A DNA stretch of 64,000 nt, from the NCBI RefSeq assembly GCF_009914755.1, contig NC_060927.1; one strand, 5' to 3'. A program made the translations under genes and the position numbers. Source of the DNA: the human T2T-CHM13v2.0 reference genome, Homo sapiens. Numbering within the stretch: the stretch's first letter is position 1; every line of letters starts with the position of its first letter. The notes beneath the pieces are model-generated. The model saw only the letters and a list, made by a program, of their open reading frames with translations, did no database searches and was not told the DNA's origin. Of the stretch, positions 26,150 through 41,045 are shown piece by piece.

Positions 26150-28480
26150 GGTGAAACAAAAAATAAATACAGAAATGAAAGCTAAATTAGAATTAACACA
26201 GAGCAAATATAGACTTCATAAAGCCCTGTAAGAAAAATAGAGACTAGAATAGAAAAATATTGAAAAGTTCAAGATATAGAGAAAAGCATTAAAATACTTC
26301 AAGAGAAAATGATATAAGCAGAAGATAAAGTTATTCAGCACATGTTTAATTTGAGCTCCCACAAAAGTACTCCATCTTCCCCCCAAAATCAAAAAATAAC
26401 TTAAAAAATATATAGACCTATGTCAAAAGAATCTTATTTCAGAAATATTCTCACTGATAGGGCATACTATTTACATGGAAAAACTGAATAAGAATTATTG
26501 ACACTGAGAACTATCATAGCAACACTATTAGACTTCACAAAGAAAAAGATTTCTGAGAACCTAGGCATGAATACCAATTTTCTTATATTAAAAAAAAATC
26601 AGGCTGTCATCAAAACTCTGGAGAGTAACATTGCATACCAAAGATATTGGTTACAAACAGAAAGAAAATATGAATCAAGTATTTTTCTCTATCCAATTAA
26701 AAGAAATTTTAGTACATAAAATAAATAAAGACTAAAAGCATCTAAAACAAAACAAAACAACAACAAAATCCTCTTGTATTAATGTATTCAGGCAGTGTTC
26801 CTGAGGAACAAAGAAAGAACTTCAAACAAACAAGATATTGAAGATTTTGCAACAGGTCATTTGTGCACATTGAATATATATAAATACAAAATTAAGATTA
26901 AAAATAGAGATAACTGCAATAGGATATTATGTAAATACAAATGATCTGACAGTGTAAGAGTATAGAACTGACAGATATTTGAAAAAAAAGGCAGGGTGTA
27001 TGTCAGATAGATGCAAAAAAAATTCATTTCATGCCAAAAAATTAAATAGTTCAATTATACTTACCACACTAAACAGAACAAAGAAAATACCCTAATTAAA
27101 ATAATATTAGTGATAATATTTTAATAGAGTGAGAGAAGGTAAATAGAATGAAAGGTTGTTTGCTAATCATATTTACTCTGATTTTAAGCAGCCAAGAAAT
27201 CTTACTTACTAAATTCCAAAAATATACCAAAACAAAATAAAAATGATAAAGAAATAAATCTCATAGTAATTTTTTGCATATGTAGTGGAATTAAACATTA
27301 TAACAAAATTGAGATCAAATATCTATCTTATCCATATAAATACGTCAAATTCTCCCTTTAAAATACAAATTTTTAAGATTTGTTAACAATGTAAAATTCA
27401 GCAAAAATAAAAAGATAAAAAATCAAACTAAATTATTTTGGGTGTTTAAAAATAAAAAAAAAAAGCACGGCTGAGCACAGTGTTTCATGCCTATAATACG
27501 CATACCTTGGGGTGCTGAGGCAGGATTGCTTGAGGCCAGAAGGTCTAGACTACCCTGGGCAACATAGTGAGACATACATCTATTTTTTAAAATGAAAAAC
27601 AGTAAATAAGTAAATTTTAGAGAAACATTGGGAATGATAAACTTGACAAATGCAAATAAAAGAAAAATAAGCCATAATCTTCATATCTAAAAAAACAGAA
27701 TTTATGCCAAAAATAAGAGAAAAAGAGCTACTTCATGCTCTCTAAAAGTCCCATAAAAATATGAGAATTATTATCTGTGCGTAATAACCTGCAGCAACTT
27801 TGCAAATCAGAAATTATAGCAGATAAAATAATTGACAAAATCATCCTAAAAAGGAAAACTATAATAATCTTATATGACAAACAAATGTTAATGTCCCTAA
27901 TATAGAAAGAGCTCCTACAAAATAAAAAAAGATATATACCAACGATATGATAGGTAAAAATATATAAATTCAATATATAGGAAAAGAAATGCAAACATCC
28001 CTGAACATATAAAGAGGTGCTTAATCTCACTCTTAAGGAGATACGTAACACTACGATAAGACTATTTGTCATCTATCATAATATAAAAAACCAAAAACTT
28101 AAGTAGAAAATGGTTTTTAAATGTTTACAGAAATGGCATACTATTGGCAGTAATATAAAATTGTGCAAATTTTTTGAAGGCAAATTCGACACTGTTTAGC
28201 AAATCACATATCCACTTACTCCTTGACTTGTTTATAGGAATCTAAACATACTCAGGCAAAACTACTAACTGAAATGCACAAAATTTCTTCATTATTAGTG
28301 TCATTATTAGTAATAGCAAATATTAGAAATAATTCAAATATTCATTAAGGAATTGATTGAAATAATAACACATTTTATAAATGAGTTACTATACACACAT
28401 GAAAGGAAATTGAAAATATATCTATGTAGTGATACGGAGTGTTTTCCAAAACATATTGTCAAGTGAAAACATCTCTCTTG
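26150..28480 (+). mobile_element. Highly decayed L1ME-type fragments
   Basis: A-rich strand; aaagagctcctacaaaataaaaaa, taatagcaaatattagaaataattcaaatattcatta and similar L1 phrases. Confidence 0.5.
27469..27592 (+). mobile_element. FLAM/AluJ left monomer
   Basis: ggctgagcacagtg...ttgcttgaggcc...ctgggcaacatagtgaga. Confidence 0.8.
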
Positions 28481-28549
28481 CTACACATGGATAGATAGTT
28501 ACAGATGACTGAGATAGACAAATGACAGCAGAAGTTACTTTTTTGTCAT

Positions 28550-30465
<1,916 letters not shown>

Positions 30466-30619
30466 GAGAAAAAGGACAGTGGTATAGCCAAAAAGTAATC
30501 TCTGTCTTGGAAATATAAAAGCACTTATAGCACTACATGAAGAACAGTAATTAATCGCACTACGCAAAGAACAGTAATGATTAAATGAGACAACTCAAAG
30601 CACTTACAGCATGCCATAA

Positions 30620-30950
<331 letters not shown>

Positions 30951-31976
30951 CATGACAATCTCTTTTACCTCTCTATTTAACTATTTACCATTTCATATTG
31001 TTGGCATCATGACAATTTTCATAATTAGATTTAATTACCTAATAATATATTGTAAGAATATCTACAGATTTATAAATATATATAAGAATATTACTTAAAG
31101 AGACTTTACTTTTTAGAAGAGTTTTAGGTTCATAACATAATTTTGTGGCTCTATAAAAGTCATGTGTAAAAAAAATTTTATCTATTTATATAATTCAGAC
31201 CCTTAAAGTAGCAAATTACAGCTCATTACTTTTTTTCTCCATCATAAACAATCATATAATAAATATTCTAAAACAAGTATTTCTGTGATTTTCCCTTTTT
31301 TTCATAGAATACATACATACGGTATGCCTTGGTCAAAAGTTTTGGCATTAAATTTGTTTTGAATTTTTTGTCAAATATTCTTTCATAAATCAATCTATAC
31401 TTACACTTATAGTATCATCCTTTTTTATCCCTCTAAATTGGTTGCTGAAAATTGGTAAGTTGGATATGCTTTTGTATATTTATGGGTCACTGGTATCTCT
31501 TTTTGGTAGCTTTCTTTTGGGGTGCTTCATGCATTCATTTTAACTGTGAAAGATATTTAACATATAAATACAATTATACTGAAAGTTTAGATCTTGTACT
31601 ATTTGTTAACTATAAGTCATTGATCATCATTTTGAAGATTTTTCATAAAGTTGAAGAGAGACAAATTAATATTCATTTGTACATATTTAATCATCATTTA
31701 GTGCATAGAGTTACTTTTAACATATATGATAAAATTTTTAATGTAATGATTCTACTTAATAAGCATTTATTTTTTAAATATCTAAATATATATTTCCAGC
31801 TTTGTAGAAAGAAAAGTAGTCACAATTTTACAAGAATTCAGATTCAGTCAACACTGGGAGAATGCTTGTCTTTGACTTCAGTGGGAACTTTAATAAAACA
31901 CACTAGAAATCAGAAATGGCATGTTTATAAAGCTGATACTCTTACATTTCTACAAAGGAAGTGGAGTTTTGTGTGC

Positions 31977-32207
31977 TTTTTTTTTTTTTTCCAACAGAGT
32001 CTTGCTCTGTTGCCAGGCTGGAGTGCAGTGGCTCGATCTCGGCTCACTGCAGTCTCCAACAATTCTCCTGCATCAGCCTCCTGAGTATCTGGGACTAGAG
32101 GTGCACGCCACAATGCCCAGCTAATTTTTGTATTTTTAGTAGAAGCAGGGTTTCACCATGTTGGTCAGGATGCTTTCGATCTCTTGACTTCGTGAACCGC
32201 CCGCCTC
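31977..32207 (-). mobile_element. AluSc-like, 5'-truncated with a small internal deletion
   Basis: gctctgttgccaggctgg diagnostic; ends at ccgcccgcctc, short of the Alu 5' end. Confidence 0.85.
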
Positions 32208-33113
32208 CAGTGAAAATATTCATGACTCTAGAGAAGAGAAAGGTCAGTGGTATAGCCAAGAAACAATTTCCGTCTTGTAAATATAAATAAATATAATGAA
32301 TATTTCAAAGAATCGACAAGCAAGACAGAAACGAAATCCCAGTTTGTACAAATTAAAATGTTGATGCCTGAAGTGATACAACTAGAGACATCACCACATT
32401 ACTATTTGAAAAAAAAAGTATTTTTTTCAAAGCAAAAATTATTCAGCAGAAATTTAATTTCAAGAAATATTTCAAATAACCCTCTGAGAAAAACAAGAGT
32501 TTGATTACTTAAGTCATGCCAATAATTAGTTTAATTAATCATCCCAATTTATTTGGTTAAACCTGAATTGTTCTTTTCTTTGAATTTTATTTTAAATTAT
32601 ACCTTAAGATTGACTGTCAAACTCATTTTATGGACTGATCTAAAAATATGTATTTAATATAGAAGTAGTGTATCTCTTCTACATTTTTAGTGAATACTTT
32701 TGTTTTCAATTTAAAAAACTATAATCACTTTTTCTTATGCTATTTTTGCTTTTATAAATTATCACATCTTCTTCCAATAAGTCTCACAATTGGCATAGTC
32801 ATTTGTTAACTTCTGGAATTTAGTGAGTCTTGGAAATTAAAACATATGATATAAGTGAAACGGATGAGTCAATAAAATCCTATCAAAACCATCGGGCTTA
32901 TTGATTATCTCTCTAGATAAGAAAGGTGGATTAATTCCTACCTACATGTGCCTTCACTTGTCTACTGGGGTTCCATGGTGCACTAGTCCATGGACTAGTA
33001 CGTGTCATACAATAAACTTCTTCACCTTTATGAAAATGTTCTAAATTTTTATTTTCCAGTGTGGTAGTCTCTAGACACACGGGACTATTGAGTGTTAGGA
33101 ACACAGTTAGTGA

Positions 33114-33443
33114 GGCTGGGTGCCGTGACAAATGCCTATATTCCCAGCACTCCGGGAGACCAAGATGGGAGGACTGCTTGAGCCCAGGAGTTCGAGACCA
33201 GCCTGGGCATCATAGTGAGACCTCATCTCTACAAAAAAATTTAAAATAATAATAATAATAAAAACTAGCCAGGTGTTGTGATGTGTGCCTGTGGTCTCAG
33301 CTACTCAGGAGATTGAGGTGGGAGGTTCCTTTGAGCCCAGGAGGTCAAGGATGCACTGAGTGGAGGCACCACTGCAATCCAGCCTGGGCAACAGAGAGAA
33401 AGAGAGACCCTCTCTCAAAAAAAGAGGAAAAAAAAAAAGAAAA
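33114..33443 (+). mobile_element. AluJ
   Basis: ggaggactgcttgagcccaggagttcgagaccagcctgggc...catagtgagacc. Confidence 0.9.
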
Positions 33444-33466
33444 TGTGGCTAGTAAGACTGATCATC

Positions 33467-33860
33467 ATATATATATATATTATATATATATAATATATAT
33501 AATATATATATTATATATATATAATATATATATTATATATAATATATATAATATATATTATATATAATATATATTATATAAAATATATATATTATATATA
33601 ATATATATAATATATATTATATATAATATATATTATATATATTATATATAATATATATTATATATAATATATATAATATATATTATATATATTATATATA
33701 ATATATATTATATATTATATATATTATATATAATATATATTATATATAATATATATTATATATTATATATATTATATATAATATATATTATATATAATAT
33801 ATATTATATATAATATATATAATATATATATTAAATATATATATAAAGTATATATATATA
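33467..33860. repeat. Long AT-only compound minisatellite, (TA)n with TATATAATATATAT-type units
   Basis: No G or C from 33467 to 33847; sits at the poly-A end of the adjacent antisense L1. Confidence 0.95.
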
Positions 33861-34682
33861 AATTTCAGAGGTACATGTGCAGGCAGGTTTGTTACATAGA
33901 TACACTTGGGCCATCAGGATTTGTTGTGCAGATTATTTCATCACCCATTTATTAAGCCTCGTAGCCATTACTTTTTTTTCCAGATCCTCTCCCTCCTCCC
34001 ACCCTCTACCCTCTGAAAGTACCCACTGTGTGTTGTTCTCCTCTATGTGTCCATGTGTCCTCATCTTTTAGCTCCCACTTATAAGTGAGACCATGAGTAT
34101 TTGGTTTTCTTTTCCTGTGTTAGTTTGCTAAGCATAATGGCCTATAGCTTCAATCATATTGCTTCAAAGGACATAATCTATCTTTGTTATGGCAGCATAT
34201 TCTATGATGTATATACATCACATTTTCTTTATTCAGTCTACCATTGATGGACATTTAGGGTGATTCCATGTCTTTGTTACTGTAGAAAGTGCTGCAATGA
34301 ACATATACATGCGTATGTCTTTATAAAAGAATGATTTTTATTCCTTTGGATGTACACCCAGTAATAGGATTGCTGGGTTGAATGATAGTTCTGTTTTTAG
34401 GTATCAGAGGAATCACCACACTGTTCTCCACGATGGTTGAAATAATTTACACTTCCACCGACAGTTTATAAGTGTCCTCTTTCTCTGCAACCTCACCAAC
34501 ACATTATTGTTTTACTTTTTAATAAATAAATAAAACACTGACTGGTGTGAGATGGTATCTCATGGTGGTTTTGATTTGCATTTCGTTAATGATCAGTGAT
34601 GTTGAGCATTTTTTAATAGGATTGTTGCCCACATGTATGTCTTTTTCTGAAAAGTGTCTGTTCTGTTCATGTCCTTTGCCAC

Positions 34683-34983
34683 TTTTTTTTTTTTTTTTTT
34701 TTTGAGACAGAGTCTTGCTCTGTCACCCAGAGTGGAGTGCAATGGCTCCACCTCGCTCACTGCAACTTTCGCCTCCCAGATTCACACCATTCTCCTGCCT
34801 CAGCCTCCTGAGTAGCTGGGACTACAGACGCCCACCACCACACCCGGCTAATTTTTTGTATTTTTAGTGGAGATGGGGTTTCACCATGTTAGCCAGGATG
34901 GTCTCGATCTCCTGATCTCGTGATCCACCTGCCTCGGCCTCCCAAAGTACTGGGATTACAAGTGTAAGCCACTGTGCCTGGCC
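34683..34983 (-). mobile_element. AluY-like inserted in L1
   Basis: ttcacaccattctcc; gttagccaggatggtctcgatctcc; long poly-T. Confidence 0.92.
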
Positions 34984-35027
34984 GTATTGCCTATTTTTTA
35001 ATGAGATTGTTTGATTTTTTTCTTGCA

Positions 35028-35348
35028 AATGTGTTTAAGTTCCTTATGGACACTGGATATTAGACTGTCATCAGAGGCTAGTTTACAAAAATTTTCTTCC
35101 ATTCTGTCAGTTGTCCATCTGTTCATAGTTTCTTTTGCTATGCAGCAGCTCTTTAGTTTAATTAGATCCCATTTGTCAATTTTTGCTTAATGTGTTTAAG
35201 TTCCTTATGGATACTGGATATTAGACTGTTATCAGAGGCTAGTTTACAAATTTTTTTTCCATTCTGTCAGTTGTCCATTTGTTCATAGTTTCTTTTGCTA
35301 CGCAGAAGCTCTTTAGTTTAATTAGATTGCATTTGTCAATTTTTGCTT
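35028..35348. repeat. ~160-bp tandem duplication inside L1
   Basis: Copies at 35028-35188 and 35189-35348 both start aatgtgtttaagttccttatgga; roughly 10 differences. Confidence 0.93.
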
Positions 35349-36228
35349 TTGTTGTAATTGCTCCTGGAATGTTCATCATGAAATTTTTACTCATTTGTAC
35401 GTCCAGTATGGTATTGCCTAGGTTGTCGTCCAGAGTTTTTATAGTTTTGGGTTTTACATTTAAGTCTTTAATCCATCTTGAGTTAATTTTTGTCTGTGAT
35501 ATAAAGAAGTGGTCCAGTTTCAATCTTTTGCATATGGCTTGCCAGTTATTCCAGCATCATTTGTTGAATAGGGAATCCTTTTTCCCATTGCTTGTTTTTG
35601 TCAGCTTTGTCAAAGAACAGATGTTTTTAGGTGTGTGGCCTTATTTCTGGGCTCTCTATTCTGTTCCATTAGTCTATATGACTGTTTTTGTACCAGTACC
35701 ATGCTGTTTTGGTTACTGTAGCTCTACGGTATAGTTTGAAATCAGGTAATCTGATGCCTCCAGCTTTGTTCGTTTTGCCTAGGATCGGCTTGGTTATTCA
35801 GCTCATTTTTGTTCCATATGAATTTTAAAATAGGGGTTTTTTCCAGTTCTGTGAGGAATTTATTGGTTGTTTGATAGGAATAGCATTGAATCTACAAATT
35901 GTTTTAAGCAGTTTGGGCATTTTAACAATATTGATTCTTCCTATCATGAGCATAGAATGTTTTTCCATTTGTTTTTTTGTTTTTCCATTTGATTTTTTGA
36001 GCAGTTTTTTAGCTCTCCTTATAGACATCTTTCATCTCCCTGGTTAGCTATATTCCTGGGTATTTCTTTCTTTCTGTGTTAATTGTGAATGGTATTGAAT
36101 TCCTGATTTGTCTCTTGACTTGGCTGTTGTTGATGTATAGGAATGCTAGTAATTTTTGTGCATTGATTTTGTTGATAAACTAATTTTTAATTTTAATTTA
36201 ATTTTAATTAATTTAAATTGAAATAGCC

Positions 36229-36745
36229 TATCTTAGGGTATCATAAAAACTGAGCCTGAGACAATGGTTTGCAAGAAGTTAGTTTGTTTGGTAATGTTAT
36301 ACCAGGGAGTGAGGATGAGGGAAAAGGAAAATGAGATGAAGAAGAAAAGGTTAATGGATGAATGCATTATCGAGTTGGCCACAGATTATAGCAATTCATG
36401 TTCAGTTCTTCAGGACTTCTGAGGAGCTTTGTGACATATATTTCAAAACTGTCCAGTCAGAAGATTAAAGGGACAAGCATTTGTCCTTTGCTCTTATTCC
36501 CCATTGATCCAGAAATTCACAAGCATTGACTTCTCCACAGTTTGAAGTTTTGTGTGCGTAAGGGCTAAGTGGGTTTACCGGGCACGTCTCTCTCAGGTGC
36601 ATAAGAAAACTACATAATAAGAAGGAAAGTGATGGATATGGGCCCCAGATGAGGTGCTTTTATGAAGTTGGTACAAGCCTATGAAGACCTGGTCACCACA
36701 GCACTGGACTGACAGGAGCTAGAGAGCTAGCTGAAAAGATTCCTA
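36229..36745 (-). mobile_element. ERVL LTR, LTR33-like
   Basis: tcttaggg...gagcctgagacaatgg...tagtttgtttgg...gcattatcgagttggccac. Confidence 0.6.
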
Positions 36746-36779
36746 TGCAAAATTATAAATGTTTTAAGTAAGCGCATAA

Positions 36780-37030
36780 AGCAGGAATGGTCTCTGACCT
36801 TGTAGAAATTATAATAAAGTGAAGTAGATAAAAAAATAAGAACATAATTAGAAATTTTGATGAGTGTTGTTGAGGGAATAAACAAGGTATATGGATAGAG
36901 CACAGTATAAAGAGAGCTAATTCTGCAGAGTGATTAGTGAAAGCCTCTCTTAAAAAGATGCTGTTAAAGCTGAAACATGTTGGATGAGGAGGAAGCCACA
37001 GAGAAAAAGCTGTGCAATCAATCAGGAAAA
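36780..37030 (-). mobile_element. L2 fragment
   Basis: gtgattagtgaaagcctctct...gctgaaacatgttggatgaggaggaagcca. Confidence 0.5.
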
Positions 37031-38179
37031 ATATGAAGAAAATCACATTTTTAAAATATTCCCTTTTTAGTGTTTTTCCAAAAAGAAATCCTCAACCCAC
37101 TCAACAAATGGAAAATGAGTCATGATAGCCAACCTATCAACTTAACTAATAGTGTCACCAAAAAGAATGACGCTTTGTAGATTTATACAGTTGTTAAATC
37201 TAGACTCATATTCTGCTTTTCAATGGTAGGCAATAACAGGCAACTTCCTTTTCTCTAAATGAAAATATATAAACCTATCACTGAAAAATAAAAAGTAGTT
37301 GAAGCCATAATTTTTGCTTTCAACATTGGTAACAGCAAGTGTGTTTAAAATAGTAAATTGTTCACTGGAAAACAACAACAAAACATAAAAGAAGAGAAAA
37401 AAAGACATTTTAAAGAAAAACAGTCAATAAATTTACCTGTATATTAGAGAAATCAAACTGGAGGGGTCGCTTTTGATCACTGATGCATGGAAATTTGACA
37501 GATTTCAAAATACAATCTGACAGCACTGAAACAACATTACTAAATTTTGGTGACTAAATTAATTTCATTCTCCTTAGGAGTGTAGATTAACTTTATTTTC
37601 TAATATCTTAGTGTGGGAAATTTAGTGCACTTACTTGAGGAAATTAAAGCAAAGGTAGAAAACAGAATGTTTGAGCCAAGCCAATTAACCGCCACTTGCT
37701 AAGTAATAAATCATAGATTTAGACTTCAATTTTTTAAAATATGTTTTATGGGACCCCAGGTTCTTCCCAGTGAACCTCAAACCCTTAGAATATTTTACTT
37801 TGCAGGAAGAGTTGTCTTTAACTGTTTGCATACAATTACTTACTTAACATTCAAATTTCAATCAAATGTATTCTTCCAACTGTAATGTGCACTCTCAGTT
37901 TTATTCTACAGTGGTCACCTTTTAGCAAATATAATTACTATGGAAAAGTATGGTTATTTATTTATATAATCCTCACAACTTCATTTAGTAGACACCAGTT
38001 TTACAGAAGAGTGAATATGAGGCTTAGAGATGCCAAGAAATCTCTCTACCTTGTTTTCTTGTGTCCTTTAGAGACTATAACAGTGTCTGACACAAAACAA
38101 GAGCTTAAAAAGAGTTGTTGTCAGTAACTTGCTGACTAACCAACTCACTTTTATGTGTTATTTTGTAAATTTTAAAGAG

Positions 38180-40110
38180 AAACTCTTGGCTTTAGCTCCC
38201 TCCCACACTACACCCCAAACAGAATCTATATCTTTAGTATTCTTCACCTTCTAATAGTTTAGTCATGCCCTGAATAAACATTGATTTCTTCAAACCAAAA
38301 ACTTCCAAAGCATTCTTCAATATTTCCTATTTTTGTGCCTTATATCTAATCTATCGTGTCTTCAGTAGTTTCTTCTTCTAAATTATATTTAAAATCTGTT
38401 TCTTCTCCAACTCTATTGCCACCACTGTCCAAGCCAGCATATTTAATCTCAAACAGCATTAATAATCTTTCATGATCACATCCTTCAAAGTCCACTCTTG
38501 TCAATACTCCAAACATCTACCAGGCTATTCTTTCATAAAACAGTGAAAAGATCTTGAAAATTTCCATAACTTATAATTAAATTTTTACTATAGCCAGCTA
38601 ATTTTCAGTTGGTATCCAAGAATAATTTCAACTTAATGTAATCATCTTCCAGGTCCTTTCTGCTCACTGCACAGACAAAATCAATCCACTAAGATCACAG
38701 TGTTGTAGTAGAGAAAGAATTTAACTGATGCAAGGCCAGTCCCCAAGGGAAAACTGGAGTTATTACTCAAATCAGTCTTCCCAAAGGCTCCAAAGTTAGG
38801 AGTTTTTATGTACACTCGGGAAAGCAGGGGACTAGGGAATGGGTACTGCTACTTGGTTGAAGATGAAATCATGGAGGTGTGGAAAACCATTTGCATCTGC
38901 CTCTGAGTGTGGCCACGGGATCAGTTGAGTCCTGAGTCAGGAGTCTGGGTGAGGTCACTCTAAAAAATATCTCGCACAAAAAATCTTGGGTTCTACAGTA
39001 GTGATGTTATCCATAAAAGCAATTGGGAAGGTCACAAATCTTGTGACCTCTGGCCACATGGCCCCTGAGCAGTAAGGAACTATAGAAACTACATGTATCT
39101 CATAATGTCTCTTCAGTCTTACAAAGCACTTTCAGCTGCAGGAAGAGGGAGGGAATTAGTTTTTGATAGGGATTATTATTATTGTTGTTTCAAAGTTAAC
39201 CTATAAACTAAATTTCTCCCCAAGTTAGCTTGGCCTATTTATAGGAATAACCAAGGACAGCTTGGAGGTCAGAAGCAAGCTAGGGTCAACTCTGTCAGAT
39301 TTCTCTTACTGTCATAATTTTGCAAGGGCAATTTCATTAGCATGTTTAAAATGTAACACAGAACATTACCCCCAAATCAGTTCAAGCCTTTATTCTTACC
39401 TTTTCTGTAATATCTACTTAGATCATAATAAAAATTATAATTCATTCTCCATAGAGCTACTCCCTCTTTCCCTTCATGGTTTTAGTTCTCTCCGAAGCAT
39501 TGATCACCTATCAATATACTAAGTGTTGTTCTTATCTTTTGCATTTACTGTCAGTTTTCTCTCATGTAAAACGTAAACTCCATAGAGAATATTCCCAAAT
39601 GCCTAGAATAGTTCCTGGCACATAATAGGTTCTCAATAAACATTAATTGAATAATTGGGTAGATTAATCAATCATTCATGATTGGTCTACAAGACGCTGC
39701 AATATTTTTTGCACTTTTTCTCTCTCCAACCTAATCTCGTGACACTGTCATTTTTATTTTCTATAGTCACCCTGTGTGTTTCCTGTGCCTAAAATATTCT
39801 TCTCCGTGCTTCCTCACGTGGATTTTTTCATCCCTTAGGACTCAATTTAGAACTCCCCACCTCAGAGAAATATTCTTATCCTATCCCATTTAAAGTAACT
39901 TTTTATTCAGCAACATTAACAATTTCTAGGCAACATTCAACCAGTGCCTTTCACAGCACATTTAAATCTCTAGGTTTTTGTTGTTGTTGTTCCTGTAACT
40001 AATTCTTATTTCTTTAATAAAATATGTGCTCCTTATGGGTATAGCTATATTGTTTGTCATTTTATCCCCCATAATCAACCAAGTGCCTGAAGCACAACTG
40101 CAATGAAATT
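38180..40110 (+). mobile_element. L2 fragments interrupted by LTR8
   Basis: ctctattgccaccactgtccaagcca...; tgcctagaatagttcctggcacataataggttctcaataaa L2 3' end near 39600-39660. Confidence 0.6.
38637..39336 (-). mobile_element. ERV1 solo LTR, LTR8-family
   Basis: ctgcacagacaaaatcaat...gagttattactcaaatcagtct...gtcagatttctcttactgtcataattttgcaa; TG...CA ends. Confidence 0.85.
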
Positions 40111-40166
40111 GTTGGGAAAAGACAAATGGGACTTTAACATTTCATTCCATTATCTCTATATCATGG

Positions 40167-41045
40167 TGATGCAGGAATTTTTCTCTACCCCTGGGTTGGA
40201 CTTACAACAGGGGATTGTAACAGCTGCATTCAACCTCTTATGGGAAGGAGAGAGTGAGCAAGTGAGCATGGGATCTGGCTGGCCATTTTGGGCACTGGCA
40301 AGAGCAGGCTCTGTGCGGACTCCATGGTGGAGCCCAAGTGGGGGTGCCTGTGACCCCCGAAGCCCCAGAGTGTGTGTTACAATGCTCTCTTAGCTCCACC
40401 ATCCATGGACAGCAATATGCTATCAGCTCAGTGGGTACCTTGCCTTGTCAGGTGGGGCAGCTGCCCTCTGACAGTGATGGCAAAGGGGCAGGTGTAACAG
40501 CCTTTTTTGGGTACCCATGCTCAGTGGGTCCCAAGCTCTTGTCCGGGATCTAAGAGGAATGAGGTCACATGGACAGTTGAAGTATGGTGGAGGTGGAGAA
40601 TTTTATTTAGCAATGAAAATGGCTCTCAGCAGAGAGGGGAGCTGGAGGGGTGGAAGGACAGGCGGATAATCTTCCCTGAAGTCCAGCTATATCTGGCCAG
40701 TTCTTCTCCAAAGTTAAGCCATCTCTCCTCTAAAGTCCAGCCGTCCCCCTCAAATCAAGTTGATTCTTTCCAGTCAAGCTGCTTCCCCCTCTCTACTGAC
40801 TGAGTCTGGGGTCGTTACAGGCACAGGGTGGGGGCTGCTGGTGGTGCATAGATACTTTTGGAAAAGGCAACATTAGATTTGTGAAAAGACATTATTTAGA
40901 AAGAACCAGTTGGGAGAGAGCCAGCAAACAGGGATAGAAATTCTCACTTTGGGCCATGGGTTTCAGTCTTTTCAGCTTGAAGGTGGGGTTTTGCTGGAGA
41001 CCCACCCATGTCCACCTAGAATTTCTCTGGCTTCTGCCTCTATCA
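40167..41045 (-). mobile_element. ERV1 solo LTR (LTR28/LTR1 group) with 4-bp TSD
   Basis: TG...CA termini; TSD ATGG at 40163-40166 and 41046-41049; reverse complement starts TGATAGAGGCAG..CAGAGAAATTCTAGG. Confidence 0.85.

Larger units (their letters stand above)
33861..36175 (-). mobile_element. L1PA/L1PB-type 5'-truncated element (3'UTR plus ORF2 C-terminal part)
   Basis: gtacatgtgcagg...tttgttacatag 3' end; peptides KLDHFF...[20 protein letters not shown] and GRINIVKM...ICRFNAIPIK of L1 ORF2. Confidence 0.93.

Noticed and set aside
31452-32084. Longest ORF (210 aa)
   Set aside because: Non-ATG start; AT-rich low-complexity composition over decayed L1-like sequence; ends in an antisense Alu; no recognisable domain
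35279-35734. 151-aa hydrophobic ORF
   Set aside because: Antisense reading of L1 ORF2, a common artefact
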